Positions 23,701 to 36,512 are shown, counted from the whole stretch's first letter. The stretch: 63,441 bases of DNA, filler included, from Octopus bimaculoides (GCF_001194135.2; 8 parts of 8 records of this genome joined end to end with filler, not necessarily neighbours in it); one strand, 5' to 3'. Translations and numbers: made by a program. The notes: generated by a model not told the origin, from the sequence alone.

Positions 23701-24019
23701 TCTTCGTCGCCCTTTCAAAGCCTAGCCAGGCTCATGGGTCTGATTTCCTGGTTTCTATGGCGTATGTGATGCCCAGCTGGACGGGACGCCAGTCCATCGC
23801 AGCTAGGGTAGTTTTAGTCAGGGTATATTGGTGGAGGGGGGAGTTGTGTAGGGGTGGCATATATTAAAGAGGAGAGGATCAGTGTGTCGAGTAAGGAGTG
23901 GTTGTTGTTGGTGTGTCTTCTACCCCAGCATGGCCACAGGGTCCAATTATTTCAAAACCCAGTAAAATTAATTAACTTTAATTGATAAATTTCGTCTGAC
24001 TATGTTCTTCCCCTGACAG

Positions 24020-24180
24020 ATGCGGTGGCGTACAGTGAAATTGCCGTGAGAAACAATGCTGCCATCATGGACTACTGTCGTACCTCAATGTCGGCCCTAG
24101 GGGGAGCCACTGCCGGCATCATGGGCCTGACCAGTCTACACGGCTTCATTTTCTATTTCATTAGTGCCATACTACTTTCG
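24020..24180 (+). CDS. EMC6: EMC6 coding exon 2 ([54 protein letters not shown])
   Basis: Acceptor ttcttcccctgacAG and donor TCG|GTAAGT. The translation matches the EMC6/TMEM93 family motif (human [43 protein letters not shown], recalled). Confidence 0.95.
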
Positions 24181-24399
24181 GTAAGTACCAATATGCAGGC
24201 TCTGCATGTGTTTGTGTGCGTACATGCATGTGTACTTGTGTGTGTGTTCTCAACCTGGATCCTTGACGATGGTTGCAGGGAATCTGTCACCCAGTTTTTA
24301 TACCACCATTTCAGGTACCTTCAGTAACTTGGGTATCTCACGTGCCTTGACTAGTTTATATTCCTTGAGTACCTCGCATAAATTGGGTCCCTTTCATGC

Positions 24400-24710
24400 C
24401 CTGCGTACCTTGGGCAACGTGTGTACTTTGGGTATCTTGGGTACATTGAGTATTTTGTGTAACTTCGGTACCTTGCCTGCCTTGTTTACTTTAGGCTTCT
24501 TGGATACCTTGTGTATTTTGGTTATCTTGTGTACCTTTGGTACCTTGCATGCTTTGAGTACTTTGTGTACCTTTGGTTTCTTGGGTACCTTGGGTATGTT
24601 ATGTACCCTGGGTTTCTTGAATACTTCGAGTATCTTCAGTACCTTATGTGCTTTGGGTACCTTGAGTGTATTAGGTGCCTTATGTACCCTGTGTATATTG
24701 GGTACCTCTG
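24400..24710 (+). repeat. Degenerate 9-bp minisatellite (GGTACCTTG-like) in EMC6 intron 2
   Basis: About 34 units, read on the - strand as VPK/VHK-type tripeptides. Confidence 0.8.
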
Positions 24711-24900
24711 GTAGAATCTGCTCTGTTGTAAGCATACAGACCAGGTCTGAGGAGGGTTTAGAATACCCCCTCTTCACTCCCATCCCATTTCAACACACTC
24801 CACCTCTGGCCTCAGTGGCCCTGGAAAGGGTCACGGCCACAACCCTTAACCTCCCTACTAAAAGATTAAAACAAGGAAGATGATGATGATAATAATTATA

Positions 24901-25286
24901 TTGTTGGCACTCCGTTGCTTACGATGTCGAGGGTTCCAGTTGATCCGATCAACAGAACAGCCTGCTCGTGAAATTAACGAGCAAGTGGCTGAGCACTCCA
25001 CAGACACGTGTACCCTTAACGTAGTTCTCGGAGATATTCAGCGTGACACAGTGTGTGACAAGGCTGACCCTTTGAATTACAGGCACAACAGAAACAGGAA
25101 GTAAGGGTGAGAGAAAGTTGTGGTGGAAGAGTACAGCAGGATTCGCCACCATCCCCTGCCGGAGCCTCGTGGAGCTTTTAGGTGTTTTCGCTCAATAAAC
25201 ACTCACAACGCCTGATCTGGGAATCGAAACCGCGATCCTATGACCGCGAATCCGCTGCCCTAACCACTGGGCCATTGCGCCTCCAC
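24901..25286 (-). mobile_element. SINE family C, full length, EMC6 intron 2
   Basis: 13-bp TSD GATAATAATTATA (24888-24900 / 25287-25299). Confidence 0.9.
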
Positions 25287-25889
25287 GATAATAATTATAA
25301 TGAAAAAACAACAGTCTCATAATGACTTGCAATTAGTCACTTCATATTCTCTTCTCCCACCCCCACCTCTCTTTCTTTCACTCTACCACCACCCCTCACT
25401 TTCTACTTCTTTCTCTCCCTCTCTCTGTGCCCATTTCCCTCCTTCCTCTTCATATCTCTTTGTAACTCTAATCCTCCTTCAACTCTTTCTTTCTATCTCT
25501 CTATCTTTCACCCTTTCCCAGTATCTCTCTCATCTTCAGATTTACTCTCTCACCACTCACTCTACTTTCTTACTATCGCTCCCTCTCTCCCACTACAACT
25601 CTTTGCTCTCTTACATTCTCTCCCTCTCTTATTACCACCCCCTTACTATCACTCACTCACTCACTCTTTCTATCTCTCTATTCTATCTTCCCTAACTTTC
25701 ACTCTGTCTCTTGCTCACTTACCCTCTCTCTCTCTCTCTCCCTCCCAACTTTTACTCTATCTCTCTCATTTGCTTTCTCCCACTCTCACTTTATCACTTA
25801 ATCTCTCTCTCTCTCACTCACTCTCTGTTACCTACTCTCACTCCACCCTTCCCTCACTCATACTTACACTCTCAATTTCTCCATTTCAG

Positions 25890-25982
25890 GTAATGTTAAT
25901 GGTAAAAGCTGGTTCCAGATGGAATAAATATTTTGTCAGTCGGAGAGTTCTGTTCTTCAGTGGCCTCTTTGGTGGTTTATTT
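25890..25982 (+). CDS. EMC6: EMC6 coding exon 3 (VMLMVKAGSRWNKYFVSRRVLFFSGLFGGLF)
   Basis: Long CT-rich tract and ccatttcAG acceptor, phase 0. Matches EMC6 LKAGRRWNKYFKSRR...GGLIGGLF. Homology stops exactly at GTATCCTT. Confidence 0.93.
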
Positions 25983-25991
25983 GTATCCTTC
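25983..25991 (+). promoter_or_regulatory. U12-type (minor spliceosome) 5' splice site GTATCCTTC of EMC6 intron 3
   Basis: Matches the RTATCCTT minor-intron donor consensus at the exact phase-0 point where the conserved TYVLFWT segment should begin. Confidence 0.75.
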
Positions 25992-26056
25992 AGAATACAC
26001 TGTATTTTCATTTCTTTATTGCCCACCGGGGGCTAAACATAGCGGGGACAAACAAG

Positions 26057-26240
26057 GACAGACAAAGATATTAAGTCGATTACATCGATCCCAATGTGTA
26101 ACTGGTACTTATTTAATCAACCCCGAAAGGATAAAGGGCATAGGTGACCTTGGTGGATTTTGAACTCAGGACATAACGGCAGACAACATACTGCTAAGAA
26201 TTTCGCCTGGCGTGCTAACGATTCTGCCAGCTCACCACCC
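26057..26240 (-). mobile_element. SINE family A, EMC6 intron 3
   Basis: Reverse complement of the family A head and central domain. Confidence 0.8.
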
Positions 26241-26646
26241 TTTTTCTGTAATACGCTGTATATTATTATTATTATTATTACTACTAACTGACCATGTGCC
26301 ATCAATAATGATGGTTAATTGTAGTATTTTATATATAAATAAGGTACGTAATTACCACACATACAAACATTCACATACTTCCCTTGTACACATACACACA
26401 TATACTCACACAGAGTTGAAACGCTGATTTCTTTTTCACCTCTTCCTTCCTTATTCATCTCTCACCCCTTCCTTTCTTTCATTGCTATTGCTTTCTCTCA
26501 CTCCCTCTCAGTCAGGGCAATTACTCTCACTACTTCTCCTTCACTGAATTACTATTTTCTCTCCTCCCCCGCATCCAGCATGGTTCTGGACAAATATATA
26601 AAAACACTATGCACATTATTATATTAGGAGATAATTATTGTCCATA

Positions 26647-26885
26647 GGGCGGCGAGCTGGCAGAAACGTTAGCATGCCGGGCGAAATACTTACGGCTTAG
26701 CGGTATTTCATCTGTCTTTGCGTTCTGAGTTCAAATTTCGCCGAAGTCGACTTTGCCTTTCATCCTTTCGGGGTCGATTAAACAAGTACCAGTCATGCAC
26801 TGGGGTCAAGATAATCAACTTAATCCCTTCCCCCAAATTTGAGGCCTTGAGCTTCCTGTAGAAAGGATTATTATTATAATGATTA
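26647..26885 (+). mobile_element. SINE family A, EMC6 intron 3
   Basis: Full family A copy with (ATT)n tail. Confidence 0.85.
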
Positions 26886-26887
26886 TT

Positions 26888-26987
26888 NNNNNNNNNNNNN
26901 NNNNNNNNNNNNNNNNNNNNNNNNNNNNNNNTTAATTAATTAANNNNNNNNNNNNNNNNNNNNNNNNNNNNNNNNNNNNNNNNNNNN
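26888..26987. other. Assembly gap with an artificial TTAATTAATTAA spacer (same pattern at ~29120, 31116, 36557, 46698, 48857, 61429)
   Basis: An identical 12-mer centred in ~100-N gaps at seven places. Confidence 0.9.
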
Positions 26988-28762
26988 AAGTAAGCAAGAA
27001 GGATATCCAGAGGTAATGCAGTACGATCGTTTCATGCAACTCCATTTAATTGAACAATGCAATCATTACATCAATTTAAAATGCAGAGTAATTCTCAGCT
27101 GCACAAAGACAGAGACTTTAATTAAATTAGAACATGTGGCCTCTACTACAGCATATAAGTTACTAAATTATCAAGAAGACTCTTCCTGTCACTGATTTTA
27201 TTTGTTTTTATGGAGTCAGTTTTAATTGATAGACTAGTTTATCAAATTCTTGTATATCTAAGGCTGAGAGAATAAAGGGTAGTATCTGTTAGGGGTAGGG
27301 CTGAGAGAGCAGACAGAAATCATAGTTGGTATAGTCATAAAAATAAAAATTTATTAGAAGGAATATCATGAGGTTTGGTAAAAAACTTAAACCAAGATGT
27401 TAGCTGACAACTAAGGGGTCGCCCACGAGCAGACTATTGATAATGAAACAGTGGAAGTTTTATCATGTAGTACTATAGTTAAATGTTTTAAACAATATTG
27501 CTATATTGTATACAGCTAAAGTTTATGGCTATTCTGAGGGTTATTAAGAAGAATATATTAACAAAAGGATAGAAATTTATGAATACTTTTGAGTATATAC
27601 CAAACTTTTACCACAATAGAGGGAGGAAAAAATATTATCCAGAAATAGTTTAATATTTATACATATTGTACACTTAAATACTAACACATCAGATGGTATC
27701 TGTGAATATTGATTAATTGGTATTTGCTGGCATTAATAAAGGAGTATTAAGGTAAAAGAACATTCTAATTATATATTACCAAGAAAACAACAGCGAGTAC
27801 GAATCTTTAAGAATTTTCTTCTTTCTTTTTTCTAAAAGGAACACAAGAATCTCCTTCCCAGACATCAACCCATCACCTCACCACTTTCAACAAGCTAGAA
27901 ACTCCCAATGTTTCACTTTTACCTTTTTAGAAAGTGGAGAAGTTTCTTCAGAAATAATGTCGTTTAACCTGTTGTTTCTAGTATGTCGGGTTTTCTGGTG
28001 GTGAGCTGATATTCTTACGTCTGTTATTTCAGTACAATTCAACACATGCGCGAAACATCAGACGCCAGTGAAAAATTGGGAGTTTGTAGCCGATTCTGCC
28101 CATAAGGAACAAATAATACAATGTGGTTGTAGGCCATAACACCCGGTCAACGCCATGATGTATTGCTAGTACGCACATACACACACTTGTACACACGCAC
28201 ATACACTCACACGCACACACACATATACCCACGCACACACACATATACCCACGCACACACATACACGCACACGCAGATGAACTCACACATACCTCCCATA
28301 CACACAGCACACACTCATACATACATGCACACAATTATACATACATGCACACAATTATACATACATGTACATACACACGCACATACAAGCACACACGCAC
28401 ATACAAGCACACACGCACATACAAGCACACACGCACACACACAGAGTAAAGTATAATTACTCCACAGACACAACCTCACGCGCACACATATACCCACACG
28501 TACACACACATCTATACATACCCACACGTACACACACATATATACATATACACACGCACACTGGAAACAAAACACACACACTACATATATACGCACACAC
28601 ACATACTTCAAACTACCAGTACCTTTCTACTGACCATTCTCCTACGCACATGTGTAGGTAGATACACAACAGGCAGCCACTCCTACCAAATTCTTACTAT
28701 AAATCCTTCCTATGACCTTAACGATACTATGTCCAACCACACACATACATAAACTGCCATAA

Positions 28763-28798
<36 letters not shown>

Positions 28799-30169
28799 CT
28801 CCTTCTCTTGCACTCTCCTGTCTTTGAAAAGACCTTTTTCTCCACTCTTTCCCTTCTGGTCATTCCAATATGTGACCGCGTGTGCATCGTTTTTCTTTCT
28901 CTGTCTCCCCTTCTTTGGACTTTTCCTATATTCCTGACGAATGTCACCAATCGAAACGTTAAATCTATCTTTTCTTTCATTTCCTGAGCGTCCAGTAACA
29001 CTGTACTTATTCCACGTCCTCGCGTTGTTTTCTTGCTTGTTCATGTATAAATTGATTGTGTATATATATATATATNNNNNNNNNNNNNNNNNNNNNNNNN
29101 NNNNNNNNNNNNNNNNNNNTTAATTAATTAANNNNNNNNNNNNNNNNNNNNNNNNNNNNNNNNNNNNNNNNNNNNTATATATATATATATATGCGCAGGA
29201 GTGGCTGTGTCGTAAGAAGCTTGGTTCCCAACCACATGGTTCCGGTTTGAGTCCCATTGCGTGGCACCTTGTGCAAGTGTCTTCTACTATAGCCTCGAAT
29301 CGACCAAAGCCTCGTGAGTGGGTTTGGTAGACGGAAACTGGTAGAAGACCGTCCAAACTAATACACCTGCTTGTTGCTCATACACCTGTCTTCGTCTTCT
29401 GTTTTTCCGTAAATTTCAACTGTGTATGTCTGCGTGTGTGTCTGTGTGTGTTTTAGCGTGCTTATGTCCCTGTAAGTTAGCGGTTCGGCAAACGTTATCG
29501 ATAGAATACGTACCAGGCTTAAAACAAAGTTGTAACGGGGTCGATATATTTGTCTATAAATACTTCAATGTGGTGCACCAGCTTGGGTGCAGCCTAATGA
29601 CTGATGGAAAAAAAAATGAAAAAAAGATAATATTTATATATATACATGAAAGGGGAGAAAGAGAGAGCGGGAGAGACGGAGGTGATGCTGGGCCGGATAT
29701 TCATTCTACATGTACTGCTATGAAATATTTATGGTTTGAGTATATATTCCCAATTTATTTACAGAGCTAAACATCACAAAGATAAAATTCCTGTGACATT
29801 CTGAATATGTTACGGTAAAATCTATTATATGTGACTTTATTTTTGATCTTCTATATAAATGAAGATATTTCCTCCGTCTCACTGCTTTTCTTGCTACAAA
29901 ACGAGAAGTTACATTGCAGAACTTTTATTTTAACGAGCTGTATTTATTCATCTTCTGACTAGATACATCTGCACCACCGGATGCTCCTGAACCAGCTGTT
30001 GAGTGTCCCATCCATGAGGGATCGATGTTGAAACAATTGTCGTGATTAATAATAAATTTTCGCATATTCCATCTTCCGTTTTTCAGTTGTCATACACTTA
30101 ACGATCACTGGGAAAGTGATCGTACTTTACAAGTAAGCTACCAGTTGTAAACCATTCGTTTTATTATTC

Positions 30170-30242
<73 letters not shown>

Positions 30243-30255
30243 ACTTACATGCATG

Positions 30256-30288
<33 letters not shown>

Positions 30289-30339
30289 GGTGAGCAAAAG
30301 TGTACGTACGCTGCTATATGTATATATAAATATTAAAAA

Positions 30340-31050
30340 ATGGAAGACAATAAAACAAGTCATCAATGAAGTGGGTGACCGGGCAGGTCTTCATTTAGAT
30401 CTGCTGGCTGTCATCCAATGGGCGGAAAAGGATAATATGCTGCTGAACGTGGACAAATTTGATTTGATCCGCTTCGAATAAGACGATACCCTGAAACTCC
30501 CATACTCCCTTCGCTCAGGTGAAGCTCTCATGGCACCCAACAACTTCAGAAACTTGAGAATAATTGTGGACAGCAACATAAACTAGGCCGCTCATATAAA
30601 CAGAAAAGTTGACATAGCCCCGCAGCATGTGTTCCTGGATTCTCAGAACTTTCCAGTCGAAAGATATCCAAAACATTATCCTTCTCTTTTCTACGTTTGC
30701 CCGACCCCACTTTGGATACTGTTGTCCACTATGGTCTCCCTACACGAAACAAAGTATCATGAAAATTGAATCCCCTCAAAGGTCAATTACAAAAAAGATA
30801 GATGACATAACAGGTTTTGACTATTGGGGTCGACTAGAAATGTTCAAGCTTTATTCTCCCCAACGCTGCCGTGAGCGCTACTTCATCTGCATGATGTAGA
30901 AAATATTCCATCAGCATTGTCCAAATGATGTTCACATCGCCTTTAAAATACATCAAACACTTGGACCCTGTGCTATCCACCCACAACATAAATACTACTC
31001 GCCTCACATAACAACAATACGGCACAATTATTTCACCTCAATTAGCCCCG
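30340..31050 (+). mobile_element. CR1/L2-group LINE ORF2 C-terminal remnant with frameshifts
   Basis: LHLDLLAVIQWAEKDNMLLNVDKF, ILRTFQSKD...FARPHFGYCCPLWSPY...IESPQRSITKKI...DYWGRLEMFKLYSPQRCRERY. Confidence 0.85.
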
Positions 31051-31807
31051 CATTAAAGTAAAAACAGACCCNNNNNNNNNNNNNNNNNNNNNNNNNNNNN
31101 NNNNNNNNNNNNNNNTTAATTAATTAANNNNNNNNNNNNNNNNNNNNNNNNNNNNNNNNNNNNNNNNNNNNATATATATATATATATATATATACACGCG
31201 TACGGAAATACATATATGTATACATGTGTAAATGCATGCATATATGGAAGATAGATATGGATATATATTTATATATGCATATATGTGTGTGTATGTGTGT
31301 GTGTATGTGCGTGTGTGTATGTGCGTGTGTGTACGTGCAAAATATACAAACATATACATGAAAAGCAGGAAAATTGAAAATAAAGAAGCAATTGAGAATG
31401 ACAGAGAGGAAGATCTGGGGAAGAAAGATAGGAAGCAAGAATGGAAAACAGATTCAAAGCAAGCAAAATAAAAGGTAAAACAAAACAAAAAAAGAAAGAA
31501 TGAAAGAAAAAAATGAGCGGTAGTGGTGTGTTGAGAGAGAGAGAGAGAGAGGGGGAGAGAGAGAGGGAGAGAGAGAGAAGAATGATATAATCGAGAGAGA
31601 AGGAGTGGAGTGTGGTGTGTGTGGTGGAGAGAGTTGGGTGTGTGTATAATGTCTTACATCATTGTTACACAAAGAAGAAGCTTCTGTAGATCAATTTGGT
31701 TGCTAGTCCACCTTTGTCCGACAATGATCCTTTATGAAGGGTTCCATCGCCCTGCCTTTTCTATGTCTTTCACATCTCACAGCAATTGTAGTTTTCATTT
31801 CATCCTC

Positions 31808-31842
<35 letters not shown>

Positions 31843-31858
31843 TAATAATAATAATAAC

Positions 31859-31922
<64 letters not shown>

Positions 31923-32877
31923 TCAACAACAACATCGATAACAATAGCAGCAACAACATCAATACCAGCCTCACCACCATTACCGCTGATGCCGTCATCA
32001 CGGTAGAAACCCCCCTCAACTCCACAAAGTCGTAGATATCAAAACAAGCCATACCATTGCTATAGTCAGCTCCGTCTCCAGTATCAATACTGCCGACTGC
32101 ACCACCACCGCTACCATCGACACTACCATCATTAAAACTACCACAGCACCACCGACATTGCTATTTACCTCACCATGGTTATCACTGATGTTATTATCGT
32201 GAGAATCATTATATTGCCACCATATCAAAATCAACTGCACTTTCAATGCCACTGACACCATCATACCACTGTCGACGTAAGTAGCTACTTTATCCATACT
32301 ACCACCGATGCCATCGTCACTAAGAGGCCACCGCCACCGAGGCCATCATCACCAAGACCACCAAGACCACCACCATCATTGTCACAACCGACATGATCAT
32401 CATCACCACCACTACCACCACCACCGAGGCTATCATCACCAAGACCACTACTACCGCTACTATTTGCCAGCGCCAATACCATCAACATCAAAGACACCAC
32501 CAACAACAACACCACCAACAACAACAACACCACCACCACCATCAATACCTTCATCACCATCACCACCACCACAGACATCATCATCATTAACAAGGCCACC
32601 ACTACAACCACCACTGCCACCGCCAATACCATCATCATCAAAGCCACCACCACCAACAACAACAACAGCACCACCATCAACACTGTCATCACCATCGATA
32701 CCATTATCACCATCGCCACCACCACCGACATCATCATCATCATCATCATTACCAAGGCCACCACTACCACCACCACTGCCACCGCCAATGCTATCATCAC
32801 CACCGCCACCAACACCACTCACCACCATCACAACCGACACCACAAACACCAATGCCACCACCATTATCACTACCACC

Positions 32878-32911
<34 letters not shown>

Positions 32912-33260
32912 TCATCAGAAAAGCCAGTACCATTACCACCACCATCACTGCTACAACCGACATCACCATCACCAAGGCCACCGCCAATACCATCATCACC
33001 TCCCATACCATCACCACCCCCACCTCCGATGGCACCATTACAATACCAATAACCTAGATTAAAGTCTCATTATCGCAATTTCTGACACCATTAATCATTG
33101 CAACGCCGCCAACAACAAGGCAAGCCTCATCACTTCTTCCAGTGACAGCATGAACGCCACAACACAGCGAGTATCAGTACTAGTCTCAACGGTGCAAGTA
33201 GAAACACCACCAGCACCAACGCAAACAACATCAACAACAACAACAACAACACCAAATCAG
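31808..33260 (+). repeat. (AAT)n followed by degenerate (CAC/CAT/CAA)n trinucleotide arrays
   Basis: Direct inspection. A similar (GAT/GGT)n array lies at 34691-35040. Confidence 0.9.
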
Positions 33261-33581
33261 CACTCCGTCGGTTGCGACGACGTGGGTTCCAGTTGATCTG
33301 ATCAACGGAATCGCCTGCTCGTGAAATTAACATGCAAGTGGCTGAGTACTCCACAGACAGGTGTAACTTTAACGTAGTTTTCAGGGAGAATCAGTGCAAC
33401 GCAGAATGTGACAAGGCTGGTCTGGTCCCTTTTCAATTACTGGTACCACTCATTTTTGCCTGCTGAGTGGATTGGAGCAGCGTGAAACAAAGTGTCTTGC
33501 TCAAGAGCATAACGCATCGCCGGGAGTCGAACCCACGGGCTTACAGTCGTGAGCCGAATAGCCTAACCACTACACCACGCC
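33258..33581 (-). mobile_element. Chimeric SINE: family D-like head and central domain with a family C 3' tail
   Basis: tRNA-like head GTGTAGTGGTTA...TTCGGCTCACG...GGTTCGACTCCC (tRNA-Val-like), then CTTGAGCAAGACACTTT, then the family C tail ...GATCAACTGGAACCC...GACGGAGTGC. Confidence 0.7.
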
Positions 33582-33766
33582 AACACAAACAGCAACAATA
33601 GCAACAACAAAAATAACAACAGTGATAGCAGCAGCAGCAACAGCAGCAACACCAACCAGAAGAAGGCCAACGCCAACAACACCATCGCTAACGCAATAAC
33701 AACTACAACACAAACAACAACACTTACAACATACATGAAGAACAACAACAGCAACACAAATGACAA

Positions 33767-33801
<35 letters not shown>

Positions 33802-34840
33802 ACTAATAGTGTTGCTACTACTGCCGCTACTATAACCGTAAACCATACGTGTTATAGTCATCCAGTCTTCATCTGCTTTACATATGTAAAACAACTGGAC
33901 ATCTTGTTCTGGTTGTTGCGGGTGGTGGTTGCTGGGGGAGGGGTGCTGGGNNNNNNNNNNNNNNNNNNNNNNNNNNNNNNNNNNNNNNNNNNNNNNNNNN
34001 NNNNNNNNNNNNNNNNNNNNNNNNNNNNNNNNNNNNNNNNNNNNNNNNNNNNNNNNNNNNNNNNNNNNNNNNNNNNNNNNNNNNNNNNNNNNNNNNNNNN
34101 NNNNNNNNNNNNNNNNNNNNNNNNNNNNNNNNNNNNNNNNNNNNNNNNNNNNNNNNNNNNNNNNNNNNNNNNNNNNNNNNNNNNNNNNNNNNNNNNNNNN
34201 NNNNNNNNNNNNNNNNNNNNNNNNNNNNNNNNNNNNNNNNNNNNNNNNNNNNNNNNNNNNNNNNNNNNNNNNNNNNNNNNNNNNNNNNNNNNNNNNNNNN
34301 NNNNNNNNNNNNNNNNNNNNNNNNNNNNNNNNNNNNNNNNNNNNNNNNNNNNNNNNNNNNNNNNNNNNNNNNNNNNNNNNNNNNNNNNNNNNNNNNNNNN
34401 NNNNNNNNNNNNNNNNNNNNNNNNNNNNNNNNNNNNNNNNNNNNNNNNNNNNNNNNNNNNNNNNNNNNNNNNNNNNNNNNNNNNNNNNNNNNNNNNNNNN
34501 NNNNNNNNNNNNNNNNNNNNNNNNNNNNNNNNNNNNNNNNNNNNNNNNNNNNNNNNNNNNNNNNNNNNNNNNNNNNNNNNNNNNNNNNNNNNNNNNNNNN
34601 NNNNNNNNNNNNNNNNNNNNNNNNNNNNNNNNNNNNNNNNNNNNNNNNNNNNNNNNNNNNNNNNNNNNNNNNNNNNNNNNNNNNNNNNNNTTGTGTCGGT
34701 GTCGGTGGTGGTGGTGGCGGTGGTGGTGGTGGTGGTGGTGACGATGATGACGATGATGGTGGTGGTAGTGGTGATAATGATGATGATCATGATGATGATG
34801 ATAGCGATGATGATGATCATGATGGCGATGACGACGATGA

Positions 34841-34871
<31 letters not shown>

Positions 34872-35179
34872 GATGTAGTTCTTGATATCCGCTGTTGTTG
34901 ATAATGTTGTTATTGGTGGTGGTGTGGTGATGATAGTGGTGGTGGTGGTGGTGGTGTAAGGGATGCTGTTACAACCACAGATTTTCGTTGTTGTTGTCCT
35001 AGTTTTCATAATTTCCTTGTTATTCTTGTTGTTGCTGTAGTTGTATGTTTTACTGTCTGTCTGTATGTCTATGAAACATGATCACTTCTACATCACACTC
35101 TCAGTCCGATGACCTCTCGCCGGTTTCTATAGTAACCGTGTCAAGACATTCTCCCGATTTAGCTGTTGTTTTGGACTCG

Positions 35180-35199
35180 CTCTCTATCCGTAAACACAG

Positions 35200-35233
<34 letters not shown>

Positions 35234-35370
35234 ACACACGCACAAGGATCCGTACATATATACGCAATACACACATACATACGTATATACATAAATCCGA
35301 GTATGCATGTATGCATGATATGAGGGAGACAAGTTACTATATATGCACAAAAATAGGCCTATAACAGGAG

Positions 35371-35436
<66 letters not shown>

Positions 35437-35460
35437 TAGATATATAGGTATACGTGTATA

Positions 35461-35506
<46 letters not shown>

Positions 35507-35742
35507 ACATATACATATATATACATGTCTGTATATATGAATAGATATATATGTCAATATGTATATGTATGTGTGTGTGTGTTATGACCATAAAATAGGT
35601 ATATGTGTTTCATATGTATGTATGTAACTATAAATATATATTATGTATGTATATTTATATATTTGTATATTTACCTGCGCACACAGACACAGACTTGTAT
35701 GAATATATATATATATATAAATACACACACACACACACGTAT

Positions 35743-35796
<54 letters not shown>

Positions 35797-35882
35797 ACGT
35801 ATGAGTGTACATATACACATATAACCATACCTATATGTGATGTGTATGTGTGTATGCATGTGTGCGTGTATGCATGTGTGTG

Positions 35883-35933
<51 letters not shown>

Positions 35934-36141
35934 GTATCGTGTGTGTGTGTGTCCACAGGTCTCACATTTTTATTTTTATCTTTAAAACATCGTCTTTAAA
36001 CCTGTCGCTTTCATCTCTTTTTGACTATTTTGACTATACATACATACAAATATATATATATATATACATAGCTATGTATTTATACATATATATGTATATA
36101 TATATTATGAGTATATGCGTGTGAGTGTACGTATATGTGTG

Positions 36142-36172
<31 letters not shown>

Positions 36173-36388
36173 CTACATCTATATTTGCATGTTTGTCTAT
36201 GTTTTTATATGTATGTACGTATGTATGTATGCGCTTATGTGTGAACATCCGTTCGTATGCATTGGTCCAAATTATGCATTTCGAGTTCTGTCTTCACTTC
36301 TATTTGTTCATTTCTTAATCCACTGATTTCGCCATTCGCATTTATATGAGTGCGTGTGTTCAGATACCCATGCATACACATATACACG

Positions 36389-36423
<35 letters not shown>

Positions 36424-36472
36424 GCATACACACACGCGCACATACATAGATGCATATACATATACGCGCAAA

Positions 36473-36512
<40 letters not shown>

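Noticed and set aside
26932-26943. Recurrent TTAATTAATTAA motif inside gaps (seven occurrences)
   Set aside because: Always centred in ~100-N gaps. It is an artificial spacer with stops in all six frames, not biology.
32285-33057. His-rich, Pro/Thr-rich (mucin/extensin-like) and hydrophobic ORFs of up to 249 aa
   Set aside because: Several frames on both strands are open because the region is a degenerate CAC/CAT trinucleotide array.
33855-33915. FTYVKQLDILFW, resembling the missing EMC6 end (FTYVLFW)
   Set aside because: It needs a 5-residue insertion, lacks TFLYG and has no acceptor at the right position. Treated as chance.
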